A DNA stretch of 64,000 nucleotides from Cyanobacteria bacterium auto_48_18 (GTDB lineage: Bacteria; Cyanobacteriota; Vampirovibrionia; Obscuribacterales; Obscuribacteraceae). A model generated the notes under the pieces. It searched no databases. It saw only the letters and a list, made by a program, of their open reading frames with translations, and was not told the DNA's origin. Location: contig JAVHQC010000029.1 of NCBI GenBank assembly GCA_036170915.1, forward strand, positions 198,850 to 262,849, given 5' to 3'. The translations under genes were made by a program, and so were the position numbers. Positions within the stretch are counted from its first letter, which is position 1. The number at the start of each line of letters is the position of its first letter. Of this stretch, positions 20,340 to 30,024 are shown piece after piece.

Positions 20340-20600
20340 ATGACAATAGAAATCAATGATGAGTTTCCAGTTTCGCCGGCAAGCAAAAAGAAATCTCCGC
20401 CAGTTTTTGCCTGGATTTTGGTTATCTCAATGTTAGCGATGTTGGTGTGGCTCTTTGCGGTAAATCAGACAGTCGTTCCGTCACGCGAAAAAATACCTCA
20501 GCAGGAAAGAGTAATGGATGATAGGCCCAAGCAGAGGGGTCCAAAAAAAGAGAGCCTGATTCCGATATTGTCTCCTCACCTTGGCAGTGGCCAGCACTAA
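20340..20600 (+). CDS. Small single-TM hypothetical protein
   Basis: 86 aa, one hydrophobic helix, GGAG upstream. Confidence 0.6.
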   Translation: MTIEINDEFPVSPASKKKSPPVFAWILVISMLAMLVWLFAVNQTVVPSREKIPQQERVMDDRPKQRGPKKESLIPILSPHLGSGQH

Positions 20601-20818
20601 ACAGTGCCATCAGAGATATATGCTCAGGGGCAGTTCTTTCTGATCAAAAAATATGCAGGCATTAGGAAGAGTACCTTATTCGGCTTCGGCATGTTTTTTA
20701 TCGGTATTATGATGCTCTCTATATCAAGTCTTTCTGTAATTTAGACGAAAACTAGCTGGAGCCATGGACAATACGCACGGTCAGCTAAATCCAACAGTTG
20801 AAGTTAAAGCTTATTTCT

Positions 20819-21130
20819 TCAAAGAATTTCTTGGTTGGACTTTTTTCTCAAACGTTTAATGACCTTGCTACCAAGCAGCACAAGTAGAAAAACTACTAAC
20901 AAGCAAATCCAAATGCAGGCGATGAGAAATACTGTACTGCGCTCAGGAGGCCATGGCGGCCAGTTCTGTAAATCATAGATAGGGTACAGAGGATAACCAC
21001 CCGAGCGTAAGTTGGACCCCTTGCGAAATTCAAGTTCGTAGTAGATAAAGGCTGAAGATACCAGGGCAACAATAAGTAGTGCTATCTTAAATGCTGTCAT
21101 TTTGCCTGGTGAACTTGCTAAAAGCTTCAT
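20819..21130 (-). CDS. Small two-TM hypothetical protein
   Basis: 103 aa, two hydrophobic helices, basic tail. Confidence 0.6.
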   Translation of the reverse strand: MKLLASSPGKMTAFKIALLIVALVSSAFIYYELEFRKGSNLRSGGYPLYPIYDLQNWPPWPPERSTVFLIACIWICLLVVFLLVLLGSKVIKRLRKKSNQEIL

Positions 21131-21239
21131 CGTATTCTCTACTGCTGGGATGCCCTAGCTGTGCCACATCTGGCCTCATGATCCCTCCCTGTGAATTGGC
21201 GAATTATTTTTCCAAAGCTTGGCGAATAATGATTAGAGG

Positions 21240-21707
21240 TCATTGAGCGAGTTTTGCATGTGGGTCATGGCCAATATGTACGAATACAGCTGCCTTGCCT
21301 TTCTCCTTGCAAACGCGAACAACTAATCCTCTTTCTACAGCTAAGTTATTTGGCGGAACATTCATCGAAATTCCCTTTAGAAGATTTAGAACGATCGCCT
21401 CCTTCTCGGAAGTACTCGTTGATAGACAATTTTTATAGTCTAAAAATTCACCGGTAGTCGTGACCTTGAATTTCCAAACCACATTGGTGTCTTCCAACTG
21501 GTCTGAAAGTTCAGAATAAAAAGATGAATTTTTAATTTTACTTACCAGGTCCTGCATCCAAGGTTCTAAATCGCGTACCTTAGCCGCGGTTACAGCATCG
21601 TACAGCTTGACATTAGCTTGGCACACTGGAGTCTGTAGAAAAGAACAAGCACCAACTAAAAGTATAAGCAACATTACTCGATAGCTATTCAACCGCATAC
21701 CTCGCAT
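21240..21707 (-). CDS. Secreted hypothetical protein (possibly TonB-C-terminal-like)
   Basis: Signal peptide ending 'VCQA'; 155 aa. Confidence 0.6.
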   Translation of the reverse strand: MRGMRLNSYRVMLLILLVGACSFLQTPVCQANVKLYDAVTAAKVRDLEPWMQDLVSKIKNSSFYSELSDQLEDTNVVWKFKVTTTGEFLDYKNCLSTSTSEKEAIVLNLLKGISMNVPPNNLAVERGLVVRVCKEKGKAAVFVHIGHDPHAKLAQ

Positions 21708-21743
21708 TCTCTTTACATTGTATCAAATGAAATAGTGCCAAAT

Positions 21744-22337
21744 TCAAACCTCAACAAACCTATCTACCAGACGTCGATAAAGCGGCAGCAGCTCCTGCAG
21801 AAGCGCCTCCCTCTCATAGATAAGCGCTTCTGGCGTATGCCTTCCTGTAATCTTCTCCCTCGACTTAATGCGCTCCATAGCGGTAGCTGGCGAGCACTGA
21901 ATATAGTGCATATGAGTAGAATAATTTCTTCTTTTAACTGCACCAATTAAATCCACATGCATGCGATTGGTAGCACTGTGATCAAATAAAATATTGCGAC
22001 TGCTATCAACTAATGCTTGAAGCAAGTGATAGCCAATGGCGCGGGCCGGCAATTCCCATGAAGCAAATGCCGGCGCAGAACCTCGCTCCCTCAAATCTGC
22101 TCTGTAGCCAGACAACTGCTCCATCACGCTATCAAATTGCACGCATGAATAGCCTTGATTTTGCAACAGCCACTTCTCTACGTAAGTGGTTTTACCCGCG
22201 CCAGGTATGCCGCACATGTGAACAAACTGTGGCACCTCAGCAGGCGAGGAATTACGCAGAGCAGCATTTACTAGCGCTGACGCTTCTTCTTCAAGATCAG
22301 TACGTATGGGCTCGTAGTCAATCAGTTTTTCGATCAC
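21744..22337 (-). CDS. Zeta-toxin-like/AAA_33 P-loop kinase
   Basis: Walker A 'GIPGAGKT'; 'NILFD'; lid 'AMERIKSREKITGRHTP'. Confidence 0.75.
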   Translation of the reverse strand: MIEKLIDYEPIRTDLEEEASALVNAALRNSSPAEVPQFVHMCGIPGAGKTTYVEKWLLQNQGYSCVQFDSVMEQLSGYRADLRERGSAPAFASWELPARAIGYHLLQALVDSSRNILFDHSATNRMHVDLIGAVKRRNYSTHMHYIQCSPATAMERIKSREKITGRHTPEALIYEREALLQELLPLYRRLVDRFVEV

Positions 22338-22346
22338 AGAGAATCT

Positions 22347-23003
22347 TTATTTAGCAGCAACTAACTCTTTCAAACTTTCCGGATCGGCATTCCACAAACG
22401 CAGATTGAAATTGTCGTCTGCACTCTCAAGCACACAGATGCGGCCAGTAGCCACTTTAAAAGAGTGATCTAAAACGCGCTTATTAAACTCACCAGCAATC
22501 AGATGCAAAAAATATCTCAATTTACCGTTGCTGCTTACGATCAAAATGTTGTCGTCACTCTGGTGACCAAATTTGTCGGTCAATTCTTGAACGAAACTCT
22601 CTACTTCTTTTTGCACAGTGGTCTCATCTGAAGACCACCCACCATCGTGGGGCCAGGAACTGCTTTCCACCCAACCCTTGAGTGCACCCTCGCCAAACTG
22701 TTCTACGATCTCTGCGTCGGTTTGCCCACACCAGTGACCATAATCAATTTCTTTCAAACGCACATCTTCCTGAATTGGAAGATCGATGCCGGCAACCTTG
22801 AGAGCAATTTCAGCAAACTGTTTTGTACGCAACAGTGGTGCGCAATATACAGCTGCCAAATTCGTATCTTTGAGAGCGTGACCAGCACGCTCGGCTTGAG
22901 CAATGCCGCCAGCTACCAGAGGCAAATCATTATTGCCACCAACCCAGAACACCTTTTCACCAGCACTAAAAGTATTGCCGTGCCTGGCCAATATCAATCG
23001 CAT
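22347..23003 (-). CDS. Histidine phosphatase (phosphoglycerate mutase superfamily)
   Basis: 'LARHG', 'APLLRTKQ', 'LKEIDYGHW'. Confidence 0.9.
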   Translation of the reverse strand: MRLILARHGNTFSAGEKVFWVGGNNDLPLVAGGIAQAERAGHALKDTNLAAVYCAPLLRTKQFAEIALKVAGIDLPIQEDVRLKEIDYGHWCGQTDAEIVEQFGEGALKGWVESSSWPHDGGWSSDETTVQKEVESFVQELTDKFGHQSDDNILIVSSNGKLRYFLHLIAGEFNKRVLDHSFKVATGRICVLESADDNFNLRLWNADPESLKELVAAK

Positions 23004-23018
23004 GACGAACTCCTGTAC

Positions 23019-23813
23019 TCAACTAAACAGTTCACCCTGAGCAGCAATAATTTTTTCTACTCTTCCAATATCATCAGGGCTATCCACCGACCAGTGTGTT
23101 CTGCCCTGATAGTCTACTAACACAACCCTGATGGGCACACCGTTTTCCAGGGCGCGTAACTGTTCAAGACCTTCCACTTTTTCTAACATTCCCGGCGGTA
23201 ACGAAAGGTATTTTTTAAGAGCCGAGTAGCGATAACCATAAAGTCCGATGTGGCGATAAACAGGAACATCAGCGTCGGGGTCAGAAATAACATCTGGTCG
23301 AATAAATGGAATAGGAGACTTTGAAAAATAAAGGGCGTTGAATTTTTTATCGAAAACTACCAGAGTACCACCCACGATACCATGCGCTTTTTGACCGATC
23401 AGATCTTGAAATTGCGGCATAGTCATTTTACTGGCGGGGGTAGCAATCTGCACAGACGAATCGGCGCGCATAGCGTCGATAATATTATCTAAAATCCATG
23501 GGGGCGTTAGAACCGCATCACCCTGCAAATTGAGCACCACATCAGGCGTAGCTTTTATGTTGGTAAGCGCCTCAAAAACACGTTCTGTGCCATTGGCACA
23601 CTGCTCTCGAGTTCGCACAACCTCAGCGCCAAACTTTTTAGCGGCCGCTTCGATGCGAAGGTCATCAGTAGTAATAATTACCTGATCGGCAGATGCCTGC
23701 TTAGCGATGCGCCAGGTGCGCTCAATCATGGCCATACCACTGATTGGTGCCAGCGGCTTACCTGGAAATCTGGACGAGCCGTAACGCGCCGGTATGACAA
23801 TTATTGACTTCAC
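23019..23813 (-). CDS. kdsB: 3-deoxy-manno-octulosonate cytidylyltransferase (CMP-Kdo synthetase)
   Basis: 'IPARYGSSRFPGKPL', 'NLQGD', 'ALYFSKSPIP', 'HIGLYGY', 'LEQLRALENG'. Confidence 0.95.
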   Translation of the reverse strand: MKSIIVIPARYGSSRFPGKPLAPISGMAMIERTWRIAKQASADQVIITTDDLRIEAAAKKFGAEVVRTREQCANGTERVFEALTNIKATPDVVLNLQGDAVLTPPWILDNIIDAMRADSSVQIATPASKMTMPQFQDLIGQKAHGIVGGTLVVFDKKFNALYFSKSPIPFIRPDVISDPDADVPVYRHIGLYGYRYSALKKYLSLPPGMLEKVEGLEQLRALENGVPIRVVLVDYQGRTHWSVDSPDDIGRVEKIIAAQGELFS

Positions 23814-23854
23814 CAGATGCCCCGCAAGAATTCCGACCTAAATAGTAACATTTT

Positions 23855-25219
23855 CTATCTTTGGTATTGCGAGTACCAGCTCGGCTCCTGCTCCAGAACA
23901 CCCTTTTCGGTGGAATAACTGACTTTGCCGCCTATGTCTGTAAGATTCTCTGCCAGTTGATACTGTCGACTGCCGCTCAGCTTGGCTGCTAGGGCCGGCT
24001 CCGGATGCTCAAGCATGTCAGCAAAATAGGCACGCAACTTATTTCGCTCGTCAACTTCACTATTGTGCGTGGAGCTTAGAAAGAAGCGCGCAGCAGGCAT
24101 AAGCAAGAAGAAAAGCGAAAAGGGCAAAACAAAATGCCAGTTGGTGAAGCCCTCAGGCAAAATACTTCCTGTCTGACCACCAAAAAAATCAGGGTGGAGA
24201 AAATCAAAATAGGAAACCAACAGCATCAATGTAGAGACAAACCACACTGGTGCAATATATGTGAACGGTAGCTCTGAAAATTTGCGATTGCGCTCGATAA
24301 GAAACGGCGGCATTTTGAAATCGGCACCCTTGCTTTTCATCAATTCAGGAAAAAGATAAACCAGATTGCCGTCTTCCATTACCTGAGGCTGGCCGCCAAA
24401 GCGCACGAGAACCGGAAGCATGGCATCTTCGTCATCAGGCGGGCAGCAGAGATAGGGTGCCAGCTGTTCGACTACTACGGCACCTTTATTCTGGCGAATC
24501 ACTTCGGCTACAACCTGCCACTGCAATTCTTCAAAACGATGGTTAGCGTTGCCGTCGCCGAAGACAAAAGAAAAACAGACATTAAAAAATGATGCTTTGT
24601 TGTACTTTGGCTCTTCGTCTTCAGGCTTAAGCAAATCCCAAATATTTTCAATTTTGCGATTACGATGTCGATAGCGCCATGAAAAAATATTGGCTAAATT
24701 ACCGAGGCCAACGGCGTCCGCCAGGCTCATCCATTTTTCTTTCGGCTCATTCTCCTGAAACTGCTGACCATATTGTCTTTCCAGCCAGACACCACCAAAA
24801 ATCAAGAGCACGTAATATCCAAGCAAACGTGGATGGCCTGGTTTAAACTCCCAAATTGCATAGAGCAAAGTAATACCAAACAACACTCGTGCCAGAAAAA
24901 ATGCTACATCAAGAGCCACACGCTCCATCTGTGCCTGGCGCAGGGCCTTGTCTTTAGCGGCATAGATGTCGGCCAGGTTGTCGGCAAATTTGAAGCAAAT
25001 CTCACCGCCTTCGGTGACAAACATGTGGCTGCTTGTATCACAAGCAATTTGCTGCAAAGCAAAATTGACTTGCGGCAAGGGTAAGCCTGTCTTCATGGCA
25101 ATATCGGTGGCGGTTACCTGCCCACCCAGGTCTTCAACCGCCAGAATCACCCGTTCTTTCTGCTCAGCAGGCAGCGTGATAAGGCTTAAATTTTGACCAG
25201 ATATTTTATCGATGCTCAC
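23855..25219 (-). CDS. Conserved membrane protein, cyanobacterial/plastid At5g03900-like family
   Basis: N-terminal wHTH-like 'VTATDIAMKTGL'; 'FSFVFGDGNAN'; 'IRQNKGAVVVEQLAPY'; 'LVYLFPEL'. Confidence 0.7.
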   Translation of the reverse strand: MSIDKISGQNLSLITLPAEQKERVILAVEDLGGQVTATDIAMKTGLPLPQVNFALQQIACDTSSHMFVTEGGEICFKFADNLADIYAAKDKALRQAQMERVALDVAFFLARVLFGITLLYAIWEFKPGHPRLLGYYVLLIFGGVWLERQYGQQFQENEPKEKWMSLADAVGLGNLANIFSWRYRHRNRKIENIWDLLKPEDEEPKYNKASFFNVCFSFVFGDGNANHRFEELQWQVVAEVIRQNKGAVVVEQLAPYLCCPPDDEDAMLPVLVRFGGQPQVMEDGNLVYLFPELMKSKGADFKMPPFLIERNRKFSELPFTYIAPVWFVSTLMLLVSYFDFLHPDFFGGQTGSILPEGFTNWHFVLPFSLFFLLMPAARFFLSSTHNSEVDERNKLRAYFADMLEHPEPALAAKLSGSRQYQLAENLTDIGGKVSYSTEKGVLEQEPSWYSQYQR

Positions 25220-25231
25220 AACTATCTCAAA

Positions 25232-26215
25232 TTACATAACGTAAGCGGGTTTGCTGCGATAGAGATTCCTAATCGTGCTTTTGTCAGCAGGCGAAAGCAC
25301 ATTAACCACGCGATTCTCATGCATAATGTCATCGCGATACGGGCTATGGGCCTTGATGCCGAGAGCATGACCAAATTCGTGAGCGGTGGCGCCAATCATT
25401 TTTTCTGGCGTGTTATCAACCAGAGTAGAAAGTTCGATGATCACAGGTTTTTGCTGAATATTGACTCTTTGCGCTTGTTCAAAAGGATAAACCTGAGCGC
25501 AGGTATTGCCACCCACCATAATGCCACCAGGAGTGGTGCTATCACGAAAGGCATCAACAAAAAATACCAGTATTTGCGCTTGCTTAGGATCGTCGACGAA
25601 ACCAAAACTAAAAATACCTTCGCGTTCGAACTGCCGCCACTGCTCGATACCAGTGGCCACTTGAAAATTAGTCTCTTCAGTCCACTGTGGTGCCTTTTCC
25701 AGCTGACTGAAACCATCAGGCTGGCAGAGCAAATCATAAACTTGATCAGGGCGCACTTTTTGCAATTCGCTAAACGGCAATTCAGGCAACTTCAGGCCAG
25801 GGCTAATCCAAATCTTGATTGGCATCTTTCTACTTTCCCAGCGCACCAGACCCATTTTTAAACTGGGTTCTCCTGGTGGATAAGCTTGCGAATTGGTGCC
25901 TGGTTTGCGGTCCATACCTTCCGTCAGGTGCAGACCCATAGAAGGCTGCAATTGGCTCTGATTGCCGCCCGGATTGGCAAAGCTCTGAAAGGTCGCCCTT
26001 TGCAATTTACGAGTTTGCGCCTGGGCAGGCGAAAACGAAAGCAATGATGTAATCGTGGGCACCGATAAGGGCAGCAGAAAGCTCAGGGCAGCCGCGAAGC
26101 TGAACAAAATTTTGCTTGGGCGATTTCTGCTAAACAGTTGCAAGGAGTGGCAAAGTCCGACTAAATGGGGTAATACAGTGCTAGTAATCGGTAATAAGTG
26201 GTCTGTATCACTCAT
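25232..26215 (-). CDS. Matrixin-family (M10) zinc metalloprotease
   Basis: 'HEFGHALGIKAHS' zinc motif plus Met-turn 'DIM'; start uncertain (ORF open to 26260). Confidence 0.85.
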   Translation of the reverse strand: MSDTDHLLPITSTVLPHLVGLCHSLQLFSRNRPSKILFSFAAALSFLLPLSVPTITSLLSFSPAQAQTRKLQRATFQSFANPGGNQSQLQPSMGLHLTEGMDRKPGTNSQAYPPGEPSLKMGLVRWESRKMPIKIWISPGLKLPELPFSELQKVRPDQVYDLLCQPDGFSQLEKAPQWTEETNFQVATGIEQWRQFEREGIFSFGFVDDPKQAQILVFFVDAFRDSTTPGGIMVGGNTCAQVYPFEQAQRVNIQQKPVIIELSTLVDNTPEKMIGATAHEFGHALGIKAHSPYRDDIMHENRVVNVLSPADKSTIRNLYRSKPAYVM

Positions 26216-26261
26216 ACCCGCACCTAACCAATGATAAAACAGGCTGAGACAGAGCGCCAAT

Positions 26262-26990
26262 ATGGAATCTTATGAGCAACTTAGTCGCCGGGTGGCCAGA
26301 GCGATAGCCGATCAAATTCGACTTAAGCCAAACAGCAACCTGGGGTTGCCCACCGGCCACACGCCTCTACTGACCTATAAAATATTGGCCAACTGGTCAC
26401 ATGGCGGCGAAGAAGATCTTGATCGTGATGCACCTCCCATCGACTGGTCAGGGGTGCAGTGTTTTGCTCTCGATGAATATCTCGATGTTGAGCATCAGCA
26501 CTCATTTCAGGCTTTTCTAGAAAATCATCTCTATAACCAGACCAATTTGCCTTTGCCCAATCGCCTCAATCCCATTCAGTCAGAAGATTATGATCAAGTG
26601 ATTGCCAGTTGCGGTGGTCTTGATTTGACCATTTTAGGCATCGGCGGGAACGGTCACATAGCATTTAACGAACCCGGCACAGCCCTGGCCAGCTGGACAC
26701 ACTGCACATGGTTAGCCGAATCAACCAGAGTGGCTAATCAGGACGCTTTTGGCAGCCTTGAAGCTGTGCCCCGCACGGGCATTACCATGGGGCTGCAGAC
26801 TATTTTTGACAGCCGGCGCATTATTCTAATGGCTTCAGGCGAAAAGAAACGGTCAATCATCGAACGCGCATTTGCCGGCCCCATAGGTGAGGATGTGCCT
26901 GCCTCTTACCTGCAAAATCATGGCCTGGTTGACGTCTGGACAGATTTTGGTTTTGAAAAAAGCTTTGCCGCACAATCCGCACAGGAATAA
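26262..26990 (+). CDS. nagB: Glucosamine-6-phosphate deaminase
   Basis: 'LGLPTGHTP', 'LDEY', 'LGIGGNGHIAFNEPG', 'ITMGLQTI'. Confidence 0.92.
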   Translation: MESYEQLSRRVARAIADQIRLKPNSNLGLPTGHTPLLTYKILANWSHGGEEDLDRDAPPIDWSGVQCFALDEYLDVEHQHSFQAFLENHLYNQTNLPLPNRLNPIQSEDYDQVIASCGGLDLTILGIGGNGHIAFNEPGTALASWTHCTWLAESTRVANQDAFGSLEAVPRTGITMGLQTIFDSRRIILMASGEKKRSIIERAFAGPIGEDVPASYLQNHGLVDVWTDFGFEKSFAAQSAQE

Positions 26991-27015
26991 ATAAACATAT
27001 AGAATGTAATTTATT

Positions 27016-28029
27016 ATGGTCAAAAACGCCTCACCAAAAACGATCATCAAATGCCTGGCTTTAACTTTAGGCCTGGCAGTAGTTTTGCCCAGCGCTGTTA
27101 GGGCCGGCGAAACTAATCCTGATTTTGTGCCGCCTGAAATTACTCTGCCCGCTTATAGACCTGTTGCAGCACCAGCTCCGGTAATGAATAATGCGGGCCA
27201 GCAGGTAAACTCTGGTGGTTTTGTGCCCGGCCAGGTAAACCAGGGCAGCGCCGCGGCTGGTTTTGCCCCTGGTGCCGCTAACATTCCAGGCATGAATAAT
27301 CCTAATCAGCCAAATCCTTTTATGATGAAAAACGTAGACCGAATGAGGCTGCCACCAGGCACCAGCATTCCGGGTCGCGGCTCAGGCGCCCCTGGTGGTG
27401 CCGGCTCCATTCCTGGCTATCCGCAAGCTGGTGCAGGTCAGCAAGCAGGCGGCCCGCCAGCTGGTTCGTCGGCATTTTTACAACCAGGGCAACAGCCACC
27501 AGCACCTGGCACACCATTGCAAAGACAGCTGCAAGCGCAGGGCCAGGTTCAAAATCAGGGCCAGCCTAATAACGATCCGGTGGTGACGGTGCAGACCAGC
27601 AAAGGCAACATTACCATTCGCCTGTTCAGACAGGTGGCACCAATTACCTGCAAGGCATTTTTAGAAATGGTCAGATCTGGCTTTTATAACGGCCTGACTT
27701 TTCACCGCGTCGAACCTGGTTTTGTGGTGCAGGGTGGTTGTCCCAACGGCAACGGCACAGGCAATTATATTCCCCGGGGTCAAACCGCACCGCGCTTTTT
27801 GCCGCTTGAAACTTCTCCAATGGCCAGTCATAACGCACCAGGTGTGGTGGCAATGGCCAGACAACCAAACAATCGTGATTCAGCCAGCTGCCAGTTTTAT
27901 ATTACCCTGGGGCCCAAAAGACAGCTTGATAGTCAATACACCGTGTTTGGTGGCGTAGTGCAAGGCATGGAAGTTGTGCAGCGCATTGCCATCGGCGATC
28001 GCATTATTGCCATTACAGCTAGCGAATAA
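27016..28029 (+). CDS. Secreted cyclophilin-type peptidyl-prolyl isomerase with long Gln/Pro/Gly linker
   Basis: 'FYNGLTFHRVEPGFVVQGG', 'VAMAR', 'SCQFYI', 'YTVFG'. Confidence 0.92.
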   Translation: MVKNASPKTIIKCLALTLGLAVVLPSAVRAGETNPDFVPPEITLPAYRPVAAPAPVMNNAGQQVNSGGFVPGQVNQGSAAAGFAPGAANIPGMNNPNQPNPFMMKNVDRMRLPPGTSIPGRGSGAPGGAGSIPGYPQAGAGQQAGGPPAGSSAFLQPGQQPPAPGTPLQRQLQAQGQVQNQGQPNNDPVVTVQTSKGNITIRLFRQVAPITCKAFLEMVRSGFYNGLTFHRVEPGFVVQGGCPNGNGTGNYIPRGQTAPRFLPLETSPMASHNAPGVVAMARQPNNRDSASCQFYITLGPKRQLDSQYTVFGGVVQGMEVVQRIAIGDRIIAITASE

Positions 28030-28050
28030 TATGCATCACTTGAGTTCATA

Positions 28051-29298
28051 ATGCACGTCATAGTTACGGCCATCGGTAGCGCCGGCGATATTAATCCCAT
28101 GCTCATGTACGCATGCGAACTTCACCATCGTGGTCACCAAGTAGACTTTATCGCCAATGGCTATTTTGAAGAAAAAGTAAAAAAGGCAGGTCTAAATTTT
28201 CTCGCCCTTGGTGGTGCAGACCTTTATCTCAAAGCTGTGGCTGACCCTGAGCTCTGGAACCCGCCGACAGCGTTTCAAGCGGTTTGGCGAAGCGAGAAAG
28301 CAAGCCTTCAAATGAATGTTGACCTGATAGAACAGCACCTAAGACCAGATACGGTGTTAGTCGGCTCCACCCTCGCCTTCGGTAGTCGCCTGGCTCAGGA
28401 GAAGCACCACAAGCCTGGTTCGACAATTCACCTGGCACCCAGCTGTATCATTTCTGCCTGTGATCCCATGGCCATGCCCGGGCTGCCATTTTTTCCGCAC
28501 TTACCTTTACCGGCAAAGCATCTGGCCATGTCTGCCATCGACAAATTTTGGTTAGACAAAACTTGTCTAACTGACCTCAATCAAATAAGACAACAAAACG
28601 GTCTGCCTCCGGTTAAAAGCGTTATGCGCACGTGGATGCATTCCACCGATCAAGTAATTGCAGCGTTTCCAGATTGGTACGCCAAACCTCAACCCGATTG
28701 GCCACCGAATGTGGTGCTTACCGGTTTTCCTGTCTACGATCGCCCAGAAGATCAAAGCCTCACTCCTGAGCTTGAAACTTTTTTGAAAGCAGGAGAGCCT
28801 CCAGTAGTATTCACTGCCGGTTCCGCCATGGCGCATGCAGAAGAGCATTTCAAAACCGCCGTGGCAGCCGCGCAGCAAGCCGGGCTGCGTGCCATATTGG
28901 TATCAGCTTTTCCAGAACAAATTCCGCAAAATTTACCTTCAACTATTTTGCATGTTCAATACGCACCATTTTCCATGCTTTTTCCAAGAGCATTGATGGT
29001 GCAGCACCATGGTGGCATAGGCACAAGCATTCAGGGCCTGGCCGCGGGAGTACCACAGCTGGTTACTCCCTTTGCCCACGATCAGTTTGACAATGCCTTC
29101 CGTCTACAAAGACTAGGCGTAGCTCGTGAAGTCAGGCAGCTCAACTCTAAACAATGGGCAAAAACTCTAGACGAATTGAAAAATAGCAGAGCAGTTAAAT
29201 CTGCATGTGGAGAAACAAAGGCACGCATAGACCAAGTACCATCAGCCACCACAATCGGTGCCGATGCCATCGAAAGTCTCGCCAAAATTAGAATTTAG
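28051..29298 (+). CDS. Family 1 glycosyltransferase (RhlB/UGT-like)
   Basis: 'GSAGDINP'; 'HHGGIGT...AGVPQLVTPFAHDQFDNA'. Confidence 0.92.
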   Translation: MHVIVTAIGSAGDINPMLMYACELHHRGHQVDFIANGYFEEKVKKAGLNFLALGGADLYLKAVADPELWNPPTAFQAVWRSEKASLQMNVDLIEQHLRPDTVLVGSTLAFGSRLAQEKHHKPGSTIHLAPSCIISACDPMAMPGLPFFPHLPLPAKHLAMSAIDKFWLDKTCLTDLNQIRQQNGLPPVKSVMRTWMHSTDQVIAAFPDWYAKPQPDWPPNVVLTGFPVYDRPEDQSLTPELETFLKAGEPPVVFTAGSAMAHAEEHFKTAVAAAQQAGLRAILVSAFPEQIPQNLPSTILHVQYAPFSMLFPRALMVQHHGGIGTSIQGLAAGVPQLVTPFAHDQFDNAFRLQRLGVAREVRQLNSKQWAKTLDELKNSRAVKSACGETKARIDQVPSATTIGADAIESLAKIRI

Positions 29299-29315
29299 CA
29301 GGCGCATTCACTAGC

Positions 29316-29903
29316 TTACAAGCGCGACACTATGGCCTCTATCTGCTTGCGATGAATATCCTCGTGCACTGAAGCAAAAGCCAGCCACTGACTGGCGTTC
29401 AAATCACCAAACCACGGATGCTTATGGGTGACTTCTGGATAGGCGGTAGTATCGACTGCGCTTAAATCTTGCAGAAACTGCTCTGACATTTTCTCGAAGT
29501 TGTTGATAATCACTTCGCTCTCAATCTGCAATTTCGGTTTGACGTCAGCGGTGCCGACCGTGGCCATCTGGCTGCGGCCTTGAGAAAGCTCAATTATTAC
29601 CTGGCGCATAAAATCGCCTACGATGATCAGGTGGTCTAAAGTCATGGCCACTGACCAATTACGCGAGCTATCTTCCAGGCCTCTAAGACGAGGAATCAAG
29701 CGCTTCTCATTTAATTGCGATAAGCCAATACTCCCGGCAACAGTAGATATTTTCTTTGATTGACTGGCAAATGCCGTCAGGGCTTTCTCTTTATTAGTGG
29801 TTTTAAACAGCCGTGGCAACAAAATATATTTCGCCATCGCCCATTCGTAGGCGGGCAAACCGGCACCCGGTTTAGCCAGCTTAGGTTCTACCAGCTTGTT
29901 CAT
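29316..29903 (-). CDS. DinB-family protein
   Basis: 'WSVAMTLDHL', 'HPWFGDL...WL.F...HE.IH..QI'; GGAGGTG RBS before ATG 29903. Confidence 0.85.
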   Translation of the reverse strand: MNKLVEPKLAKPGAGLPAYEWAMAKYILLPRLFKTTNKEKALTAFASQSKKISTVAGSIGLSQLNEKRLIPRLRGLEDSSRNWSVAMTLDHLIIVGDFMRQVIIELSQGRSQMATVGTADVKPKLQIESEVIINNFEKMSEQFLQDLSAVDTTAYPEVTHKHPWFGDLNASQWLAFASVHEDIHRKQIEAIVSRL

Positions 29904-29952
29904 CCACACCTCCAATCAAATCAAATCACATCAAATCAAATCAGCGGCAGCT

Positions 29953-30006
29953 ACTTGCAAAATGCAAGTGATTAAATCATAGGCGAAGTGATTGCAAAAT
30001 GCAAGT
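29953..30006. promoter_or_regulatory. Two palindromic operators in the DinB/HxlR divergent promoter
   Basis: ACTTGCA-AAA-TGCAAGT at 29953-29969; GATTGCA-AAA-TGCAAGT at 29990-30006. Confidence 0.75.
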
Positions 30007-30024
30007 GGTTGATACAATGAGTAC

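Noticed and set aside
20604..20744. 46-codon GTG-start ORF with a hydrophobic C-terminus
   Set aside because: No RBS or recognisable motif; may be chance or a gene fragment
25193..25861. 222-aa plus-strand ORF
   Set aside because: Antisense to the metalloprotease with an intact zinc motif; no recognisable features
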